Shown here: in pieces, positions 25,622 through 32,000 of the stretch | Layout of the letters: every line of letters begins with the position of its first letter | How positions within the stretch are numbered: position 1 is the stretch's first letter | Assembly (NCBI RefSeq): GCF_000196355.1 | Contig: NC_007614.1 | Span: 2,310,001 to 2,342,000, forward strand | Reading direction: 5' to 3' | From: Nitrosospira multiformis ATCC 25196 | GTDB lineage: Bacteria > Pseudomonadota > Gammaproteobacteria > Burkholderiales > Nitrosomonadaceae | DNA length: 32,000 nucleotides | The notes under the pieces: model-generated | The model's database searches: none | The model's input: only the letters and a program-made list of their open reading frames with translations | Told to the model about the DNA's origin: nothing | Made by a program: the position numbers and the translations under genes

Positions 25622-26443
25622 TTATTTCAACTTTCTCATTTCCTCAGCCAGTACCCATAAGGCGCGGTTAAGCTTCACATTTTGATCGATGCCGGTCACA
25701 GCGCGGGTGGTCATGGAGCGCCCAGATTTGTTCCTCCCTCGTAGACCGCCCTTGATCATATTTTCCTGAACACGGCTGAAGGTCGTCCACATGTCGCTTG
25801 CGCGATCGGAGAAACGCCTTGGCGTCAGTAAATCCCGCTCCGTAATTGGCACTGGTTTTTCCGAATCTTCATATTTGAGGGTCAAGGCGGCTCGTGCGAA
25901 AGCCGCTTGTTCGCCTTTATTCAAGGTGAGCGATTTCATCTCTTCGAGCTGCTCATCGACTGTCTCAAAGCTCTCCAGCACACTATATGCGCCATCAATG
26001 ATGGTGTTCACGGCATCGCCGTTATGCCGCACCCGCACATCATGCAAGGTGTCTCCACAGACCATTCCATTGGCGCACACGAACCGGAACATTCCGGCCA
26101 TCATCTGGCAGGAACTGCTGCCGTCATGGCTGTTGAGCAGGATGATCTCGTTTGCTTCCTCGCCATTGATCTGGCTTGCATGGCGCAAACGAAGCATATG
26201 CCTGGTGTATTCCCGCTTCCCTTCGTCCCGCACGCGCGCCTGGCAAACCATGAAAGGCTCGAATCCTTCATGGCGCAGGCCTCGCAGGATTTCCCTGGTA
26301 GGAATGTAGGCGTACCGGTGAGAACGGCTGTGATGCTTGCCCTGGGCAAAGATTGAGGGTGCAACCCACGCTATCTGTTCATCGGACAGCGGACGTTCGG
26401 AACGGAAAACTGCAGGGGTATGGAAAGTGCTAGCGAGTGTCAT
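25622..26443 (-). CDS. DUF932-family protein, typical of ICE and plasmid backbones
   Basis: Reads MTLASTFHTPAVFRSERPLSDEQI...YIPTREIL..L...GF.PF...Q.RVR...REYT.HMLRLRH...EIILLNSHDGSSSCQMMAGMFRFVCANGMVCGD. AGGAGG lies 5 nt before the ATG at 26443. Confidence 0.75.
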   Translation of the reverse strand: MTLASTFHTPAVFRSERPLSDEQIAWVAPSIFAQGKHHSRSHRYAYIPTREILRGLRHEGFEPFMVCQARVRDEGKREYTRHMLRLRHASQINGEEANEIILLNSHDGSSSCQMMAGMFRFVCANGMVCGDTLHDVRVRHNGDAVNTIIDGAYSVLESFETVDEQLEEMKSLTLNKGEQAAFARAALTLKYEDSEKPVPITERDLLTPRRFSDRASDMWTTFSRVQENMIKGGLRGRNKSGRSMTTRAVTGIDQNVKLNRALWVLAEEMRKLK

Positions 26444-26568
26444 GATTGCCTCCTTGAAGAGATGGTTGATGAAGGAGAAGTTGTGAAAATCACATCCTCT
26501 CATTCGGACTCTCCTCGCCTCGCCCCTGGGGGCGACGGGAGTGGGGAGACAGCCCTTGCCCTCACGGG

Positions 26569-26612
26569 CAAGGGTTGGGAATGGGTGGGGTAAAAGCCAG
26601 GCAAATAGCGGG
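26569..26612. other. 44-bp relic matching the 5' part of the IS3 orfB fragment at 14155-14198
   Basis: 39 of 44 positions are identical in my alignment (CAAGGGWTGGGAATGGGTRGGRTAAAAGCCAGGCAAANNGCGGG). Confidence 0.6.
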
Positions 26613-27094
26613 ACTAAAGCTTCCCGCGTATTCGTTTATCCCCCCACAAGTCCCCCTCACAGAATGTTGGGGGGCGTTGTGGGGGGATTGGTGCGGGAAG
26701 CATTGGGCGTGCCGGCGAGGCTGGAATTCAAGTGCGCCGCGACCGCAAGGCTTTGCGGATCACAGGCCGTGACAGAAAAGCAAAGCGGCTGGCAGGGCCT
26801 GTGACAAGCGGCAAACGAGAAATGGGAAAGTTTCGCACGTGCGAAAATCCCAACGGACGACGAAGAATAACAGAAATCTACCCAGGAACTCTTGCAAAAA
26901 AGTCTCGAACCGGGAATAAGTGCGACTAATGTGGCACTCATTTTAGATAAATCTTTTTTAAGCGTTTTAACAGGCTCAAAGAATCCAGCAGGCCCATCTT
27001 TCGCTCCAGAATCGCCTCTTGAGCCTTAGCCAACGGTCAACGCGCGTAATTGACGCTGATATCCTTAACGTGCTTTAAAGTGCGAATCGTGTCT

Positions 27095-27718
27095 TTACCT
27101 CTTTCTGACACGTGGACCAGGATCGAATTCCACGCCGATCCGGTATTTCTCGACGAAGCCTGGCCACTCCACATGCTCGGGCAGATCGATGTCGTCGACC
27201 ACCTTGACCTTGCCCTGTGCCCGCTCGAACAATGCGATGCTGGTAGAGGGAAAGTTGTTGCGCGACGGATAGAGTACCCCGTCGAACAGCGGCACGTGAT
27301 CGGCATCCAACATCGCATGCACCCGAGCGGAAACCTGCTGCGTGTGCGTGTAGTCACGGCTGGCCAATTGCTCCAAGGTCAAACCAAAGTAGCCTGCCAT
27401 GACGCCTGCGGCTGTGAGGTCCGCCAATTGCAGAGCGTCCACTACACCGACCGCGCGTACCAGCCGGCTCTGGACTTCAGTCAACGTAATCGAGCGTTTG
27501 GTGTCCTGGCCCCACTGGTGTTTGTGAAACACCGACTCCATTAATGCCGTGGGTAGATCGGGGCCAAGGTAGAGCACACCATAGTTCCTGGCCGGATCGT
27601 CATAGCGGTTCGTGCCATCGTGGCCGTAGTACAGCGGCGTACCGCGGTAGGCAACTCGGCTCACATGCTGAAGTAACTCACGTGAGTCGATGCGCAGCGT
27701 GGGAAGCTCGATGCCCAT
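27095..27718 (-). CDS. RES-domain toxin (MbcT/ParT-like NAD-targeting family)
   Basis: Contains YRGTPLYYG...NRYDDP..NYGVLYLGPDLPTALMES...FDGVLYPSRNN. The R, E and S signature residues are in the expected order. It lies immediately downstream of the Xre-type partner. Confidence 0.8.
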   Translation of the reverse strand: MGIELPTLRIDSRELLQHVSRVAYRGTPLYYGHDGTNRYDDPARNYGVLYLGPDLPTALMESVFHKHQWGQDTKRSITLTEVQSRLVRAVGVVDALQLADLTAAGVMAGYFGLTLEQLASRDYTHTQQVSARVHAMLDADHVPLFDGVLYPSRNNFPSTSIALFERAQGKVKVVDDIDLPEHVEWPGFVEKYRIGVEFDPGPRVRKR

Positions 27719-27730
27719 GCCAGCCTTCCG

Positions 27731-28357
27731 TCAATGCACGCCAAGCACATTGAAGACCGCTTTTGCCACTGCATTGACCGAATCGGCAGTCACCACCTCC
27801 ACCGGCGAACGCCCGGCCAATCCTTCGAGCGGTTCGGACAGGGCGCGGTACAGCGTCCAGGCATCAACATCGAGCGCAGCCTGTAGCACGATCTGGGTCA
27901 GTTGCTGTTTCACCGGATCGAGCTGCCAGTCGGGCAACCTCTGGCCCCGCGGCCCCACGTTCAGCGCCAACAGCCGGCGCGCTTCGATGTCCTTGTAGAT
28001 CTGCTGGCGCGACTTGTTCGCCAGCCGGGCAAAGTCTGGTAGCGGCAGGTTATGCGACTGCTCGAAAGCCTCCAACAACAGGGCACGACCGCGCTGGATG
28101 TCAGTCTGGCTCGGTACCCAGCTGATGTCGGCACGCAACGCTGCAGCCTTCCTGGCCAAGGTCTGCTCCACCGGCTCCACTTCGATTTCCATGGACGATG
28201 GGAGTTCGATCGATTCAAGGCGTTCCTGCATGAACGCTTCCAGTTCGGCTGCAAAGGCCTGAGCATTCCGAATCTCGACAGTATTGGAGAAACGGCGTAC
28301 TTCATCCAAGGTCACCCTTGGCAGGTGGTTGGCAATGAATTCCAAGGTCTTGGGCAT
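27731..28357 (-). CDS. Xre-HTH antitoxin with a C-terminal MbcA/ParS (DUF2384) toxin-binding domain
   Basis: The HTH is LPDFARLANKSRQQIYKDIEARRL. The C-terminus is DAWTLYRALSEPLEGLAGRSPVEVV.ADSVNAVAKAV. It sits 12 nt upstream of the RES gene. Confidence 0.75.
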   Translation of the reverse strand: MPKTLEFIANHLPRVTLDEVRRFSNTVEIRNAQAFAAELEAFMQERLESIELPSSMEIEVEPVEQTLARKAAALRADISWVPSQTDIQRGRALLLEAFEQSHNLPLPDFARLANKSRQQIYKDIEARRLLALNVGPRGQRLPDWQLDPVKQQLTQIVLQAALDVDAWTLYRALSEPLEGLAGRSPVEVVTADSVNAVAKAVFNVLGVH

Positions 28358-28376
28358 GGATAGCTCCCGTTAACAG

Positions 28377-28664
28377 ATGGAGACAAATCTAGTCGCCTTT
28401 GTCTCTTTTGTCAACTATGACAACCAACACTCGTCAAATGGGAACGGGCCTAGCATCCAATCTGCAAGTTCGCGACTCATCAGCAAGGATGGCAAACCGG
28501 TGGCCGCTCTGGTGGATGCGGAACTGTTCGCCCGCATCCGCCGCATGTATGACCGCTTCGATGAGCTCAGCAACCGTCTGGCTGAAAGATACAGGGATGT
28601 GCCCGAGGAAGAAGGTTTGACCGAGATCGATGCTCTGGTGGAAGAGGAACGGAAGAAGCGCTGA
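28377..28664 (+). CDS. Phd/YefM-like antitoxin, with an atypical N-terminus that may be degenerate
   Basis: Reads ...LISKDGKPVAALVDAELFARIRRMYDRFDEL...EEERKKR. The stop overlaps the ATG of the PIN gene (ATGA-type coupling at 28662-28666). Confidence 0.5.
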   Translation: METNLVAFVSFVNYDNQHSSNGNGPSIQSASSRLISKDGKPVAALVDAELFARIRRMYDRFDELSNRLAERYRDVPEEEGLTEIDALVEEERKKR

Positions 28665-28723
28665 TGTCGGTGTTGCGCGTCGTGCTCGACACCAATGTGC
28701 TGGTATCGGGCCTCGCATATTCG
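28664..28723 (+). pseudogene. PIN-domain (VapC-like) toxin; only the first ~20 codons remain
   Basis: Reads MSVLRVVLDTNVLVSGLAYS, the first acidic-residue motif of PIN toxins. The frame then runs into the antisense of another gene. Confidence 0.65.
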
Positions 28724-28899
28724 CCCAAGTCCAACAACGTGGCCCCGGGAAGCGCATCGACCAGCAGATCGAGGTCGCTGCCGTCCCGGTCGGTGCCATG
28801 CAGCACCGAACCGAAGACGCGCGGGTTCGCGGTGCGGAAGCGGCCTACCGCTTCACGCACTGCGCTTCGCTTCATGTCAAGCGCAACGGACGGTCGCAT
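28723..28899 (-). pseudogene. Minimal nucleotidyltransferase (MNT-type antitoxin of HEPN-MNT modules); only the 5' ~59 codons remain
   Basis: Reads MRPSVALDMKRSAVREAVGRFRTANPRVFGSVLHGTDRDGSDLDLLVDALPGATLLDLG, which contains the GS...D.D motif. Homology ends at the junction with the PIN fragment, and there is no HEPN partner. Confidence 0.65.
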
Positions 28900-29445
28900 A
28901 GCATTCTTCCTTATCGAAACGCGTTGAGATGATAGCAAGAATAGATTTTCAAGAATTATTTTCGAGAGAAACACGTTGCAACAAATCTGACCAATTCCAT
29001 TAGATATAACTGAAACAGCAGCTTAAGAAGCTTATCCACAACCCTATCCCCGGTCTATCCCCGGTAACAGGGGAAAACCTCATTATCCCGCCCTTCACCT
29101 GGGAAAGCTTCACTGGCCCGAAGTAACGGCTATCGAAGGATGCCAGCTCACATCCGATATGAGCAGCAATTCAGACTCCTTCAAAGTGTAATCAGAAAAC
29201 GGATAGCGGGGCAGAACCTGCCTGGGCTGTCCTCTTCGCGCGGCGCGCTTGCCGGCAAAACCTTACCATTGACGGCAATTCCCCATGCATTCAATCGGGC
29301 ATATAGCAGATTGTTGCCGTTGTTGCCACCAAGAGCTGCTCCCTAGACGGGATAAACACTGGAGTAGCAGCGTGGAACACATCAATACCTTGAGAAAAAA
29401 GGTAAGTTCGTCGGCATCATAAGTTTCTACAGGGACAAAAAACAT

Positions 29446-30480
29446 TCATCGAGTCGCGATTATGGCGCCAAAGTACTCAGCGGTGAACTGTGCCGGGCTC
29501 AGCTCCGACTGATGGTAGGTGGCACGCAACGCGCTGACCGGACCCACCGGGTTGCCCCAGGTCCAGACGTCGAAATCGACTGTGCCATACTCTGTCACGA
29601 CAATCGGAGATTTCAAGACAGCGTTGTGGGTGTCATTGCCGGGCCCGGTTATGGTTTCCTTGAACATTCGCGAATCGATCGACAGAATGACGACGCTGGT
29701 CTGCGGATCGAGCTTCGCCGCGGCGGCAAAATTGTTCTTCGAACCGCGGCCGTCCGCCAGGGACACATCCTTGAACACTCCTGTCGCGCGCAACCAGTCG
29801 GCGACCTCGCCATTGGAGGAACCGCTTCCCCAATCGTCGCTTGGCGTGCCGTCGTAGCTGATAATAAAATTGTTCGCGTCACGCAGCGCGCTCATCATCA
29901 TCCACTCTGCGCTCCATTTAATTGCGTCCTTGTCGGCACTGTTCCTGTCCACCATCATTTTCGCCACCTTGGTGAAGTCCTGCGATCTGAGGCTCTCCCT
30001 CGGCCGGACCCAGACGTCGGTACCGACCGAAGCAGCGCCGCCGTTGTATAGTTGCACACAATACCGGGCTACGGACCAAGGGTCCTCCGACAACCAGACA
30101 TAAAGGAACGCGGCCTCGCCGCACAGGCCATTGCCCCCCTGGTTGACGAGGTACGGGCTATCAAGCAGAAGCTCGAGGCGATCCGCCACGCTCGTGCGAT
30201 CGAGGCCCGGCCACTTGCCCCGGCCCACCTGCCCCCGGAAACGATTGATCATCGTCTTGGCCTTGGCCACGGCTAAAGGCCGGTCGAGACGGGCGGGAGG
30301 TGAGCTCCCTTTCGACGCAAGCCCATACACCAGCGAACCCACCGAGGCCGCCGCAGCCAGCGGCAGCAGATACTTGTCCGCGTAGATGGAGAGGGGATTC
30401 TGAAAACCTGAGTAATTGGGATCGTTCATGAACAGATTACCCGTGCGGTGCGGCCGCGTCGTATATATGAAATCGGGCAA
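29446..30480 (-). CDS. Membrane-anchored papain-like (clan CA) cysteine peptidase homolog
   Basis: The TM helix is YLLPLAAAASVGSLVYGLA. VNQGGNGLCGEAAF compares with papain NQGSCGSCWAF, with the same Gln-to-Cys spacing. DTHNAVL compares with DHAV, and DVWTWG compares with NSWG. The start is either the TTG at 30480 or the ATG at 30429. Confidence 0.6.
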   Translation of the reverse strand: MPDFIYTTRPHRTGNLFMNDPNYSGFQNPLSIYADKYLLPLAAAASVGSLVYGLASKGSSPPARLDRPLAVAKAKTMINRFRGQVGRGKWPGLDRTSVADRLELLLDSPYLVNQGGNGLCGEAAFLYVWLSEDPWSVARYCVQLYNGGAASVGTDVWVRPRESLRSQDFTKVAKMMVDRNSADKDAIKWSAEWMMMSALRDANNFIISYDGTPSDDWGSGSSNGEVADWLRATGVFKDVSLADGRGSKNNFAAAAKLDPQTSVVILSIDSRMFKETITGPGNDTHNAVLKSPIVVTEYGTVDFDVWTWGNPVGPVSALRATYHQSELSPAQFTAEYFGAIIATR

Positions 30481-30481
30481 A

Positions 30482-31465
30482 TCACAGCAGATCGTAGATG
30501 GGCTGAAAGTAAGGGCCGACGGTATAGGGATACGGCGTAGACGATACCTTCTGGAATGGCACCGGCTGGATCATGTTCATGCGGCCCCCGTCGCCGTTCC
30601 AGGCCCAGCCGAACACCGGCCAGTCCCTGGATTTTGCGTACTTGACGAGATCGGCCCATGGGGTCTTGCCGCCCGAGCCGTCGTCACCGAATTCCCCCAG
30701 CATGCAACCCCGGCCCGTCGCCGCCAGTTCGTCGAGGTCGGCCGTGGTCATCGCCCGCTGCCTTGACAGCGAGAAGGCTTGCGGATAGACATGCGCCGAG
30801 AGAATGATCTTGGGATCCTTAAGGGTCTGGCCGGACTTGCCGACGACGGCAAGAGCCGCGGTGTGCGCCTCCTGCCCGAAGCCCGGGAGGTCTACGATGA
30901 TGGGGCCGTCGTAGACGCTGCGCACGGTGGCGATGGCCTGGTTGTAGCTCGCCGCATAGTCGTTGGGGGTGATGGCGTGGCCACCCCATTCGTTCATCAG
31001 GTTAATGGTGAATGCACCAGCCTTGCTTAAAGAGGAGTAGTTGGTGACCCACCAGGCTGCGGCCTTGAAGAGTTCATTCGGGTCGTCCATGAGCAGCTGG
31101 TCGTTGGTGAGGATCGCTGCGCTGTGAAAGGTCGCAATGACCGCGTACTTGCGGCTTACGGCCTCGCGGATCCAGCGCTCGGCAACCGCCTCCCGGCCCA
31201 TCTCGATCTCGATCCGCACCGACTTGATCTTGGGGTATTTCGCCATCAGGTTCCATCCCAGGTCGACGTCACCGTCGTAGTAATAGGACGGTTGCAGATT
31301 GACGCCGTTGCCGAGTCCCGCTGTGATCGCCGAGGCAACCCGACCGCCTGCAGTATACGGCGAGGACGGACTTTGAGATCCGGCGTAGCTTGCCATACCG
31401 TCGCCAGCGGCGGCATAGCCGCCAGACGGTTGCTGCAGGCTGCTGTAGTCATCGCCGCCGGCCAT
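30482..31465 (-). CDS. GH5-like glycoside hydrolase with no signal peptide and a Gly/Ser/Tyr/Ala-rich N-terminus
   Basis: Contains INLMNEWGGH (acid/base NE), SAHVYP and CMLGEFGDDG (nucleophile E), and starts GVNLQPSYY. The N-terminus is MAGGDDYSSLQQPSGGYAAAGDGMASYAGSQSPSSPY. The ATG lies 5 nt after the upstream stop. Confidence 0.65.
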   Translation of the reverse strand: MAGGDDYSSLQQPSGGYAAAGDGMASYAGSQSPSSPYTAGGRVASAITAGLGNGVNLQPSYYYDGDVDLGWNLMAKYPKIKSVRIEIEMGREAVAERWIREAVSRKYAVIATFHSAAILTNDQLLMDDPNELFKAAAWWVTNYSSLSKAGAFTINLMNEWGGHAITPNDYAASYNQAIATVRSVYDGPIIVDLPGFGQEAHTAALAVVGKSGQTLKDPKIILSAHVYPQAFSLSRQRAMTTADLDELAATGRGCMLGEFGDDGSGGKTPWADLVKYAKSRDWPVFGWAWNGDGGRMNMIQPVPFQKVSSTPYPYTVGPYFQPIYDLL

Positions 31466-31470
31466 GGGGG

Positions 31471-32000
31471 TCAGGGGAGCGGATAGGTGGGCAACAAATC
31501 CTGCCGGTTGCGCAGATACACGAGTTCGGTGGGCACCACGATCTCCCAGGGAGCCCCCACGAACACCGCACCCACGGCATGCTTCATATTGTTCCCGCTG
31601 GCATCGGGGTAGGGTTTGTCGATAATGATCGTCCAAGTCGAATTGTCTCCGACAGTGGTCTGCTCCACCTTGACGATCCGGTAGACCTTGAAGTTCACCA
31701 GAATCTCGCGGTCGACGTCATTGTCGAGCGTCAACGTCGCCGGTTGGTCATTGATGAGATCCCAATAGAAGTTGCTGTCCGTCAGCGTCAGGGTGTCGCT
31801 GCCCTGCACCGCCGCGATCAGCCCCGGCCGGTCGTTGTAGTCGCATTGATCGGCTTCTTTCAGCTCCTGGATCATGGCCACGTAGTCATCATCGCCTGGG
31901 GCCGGCGGCTCGCCGGTGGCGCCCCAGATCTGGCCGGTCTTCAGGAACCAGCTGAACACCGACTCGAGTCCGGGCCGCACTGGAACCTGCACGCGCGCGG
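31471..32000 (-). CDS. Protein of unknown function, C-terminal part only (open to the window end)
   Basis: The frame is open from the window edge to 31471. Coding-like composition and tight coupling to the GH5-like gene support it. I recognise no motif. Confidence 0.5.
   Translation of the reverse strand, partial: ARVQVPVRPGLESVFSWFLKTGQIWGATGEPPAPGDDDYVAMIQELKEADQCDYNDRPGLIAAVQGSDTLTLTDSNFYWDLINDQPATLTLDNDVDREILVNFKVYRIVKVEQTTVGDNSTWTIIIDKPYPDASGNNMKHAVGAVFVGAPWEIVVPTELVYLRNRQDLLPTYPLP

Noticed and set aside
26541-26941. Several 65-94-aa ORFs lie on both strands upstream of the DUF932 gene.
   Set aside because: They overlap one another, are rich in Gly/Arg/Pro or Cys/Ser runs produced by G/C homopolymers, and have no SD or motif. 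I treated the region as non-coding.
29512-30276. Plus-strand ORFs of 74-179 aa lie opposite the peptidase-like gene.
   Set aside because: This is a G+C-rich region where antisense ORFs are expected. They have no motifs, and the minus-strand frame has clear active-site-like patterns.

Overview
This window is a mosaic accessory region of a Gram-negative, probably proteobacterial, chromosome that uses the PEP-CTERM/exosortase sorting system. By eye it has three parts. (1) 1-25060 has moderate G+C. It carries five PEP-CTERM protein genes (two broken by IS elements), signalling genes (PAS-PAS histidine kinase, Crp/Fnr regulator, CheY-like receiver, PAS-GGDEF cyclase), an integrase, an orphan ParD, DinJ-YafQ, an Sbp-like binding protein and many decayed fragments (RHS, two serine recombinases, traF). 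(2) About 15700-17200 is an AT-rich block with only doubtful or frameshifted ORFs. (3) 25068-32000 is visibly more G+C-rich and looks like an ICE or plasmid relic. It holds a umuC remnant, a DUF932 gene, a RES-Xre toxin-antitoxin pair, a Phd-like gene with a truncated PIN gene fused head-on to a truncated MNT gene, a DnaA box with a tandem 11-mer, and a three-gene module running off the window end. IS load is high: two complete IS3-family elements, one IS3 end at the window edge, one IS3 orfB fragment plus a 44-bp relic, and two complete IS5-family elements. All four complete IS copies keep target-site duplications, so the interrupted sequences can be rebuilt to the nucleotide. The best candidate for something undescribed is the terminal module at 29446-32000 (unknown protein, signal-less GH5-like glycosidase, membrane-anchored papain-like Cys peptidase). 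Also notable are sigma-54 promoters in front of three PEP-CTERM genes, a ~93-bp palindromic repeat element hit by an IS3-family element, and a recurring TTTCGCA-N2-TGCGAAA palindrome. I found no CRISPR array, rRNA or tRNA gene. CDS coordinates follow the ORF track. Small-motif coordinates are hand-counted and may be off by 1-2 nt; near 31500 my hand count disagreed with the track by 1 nt and I kept the track.
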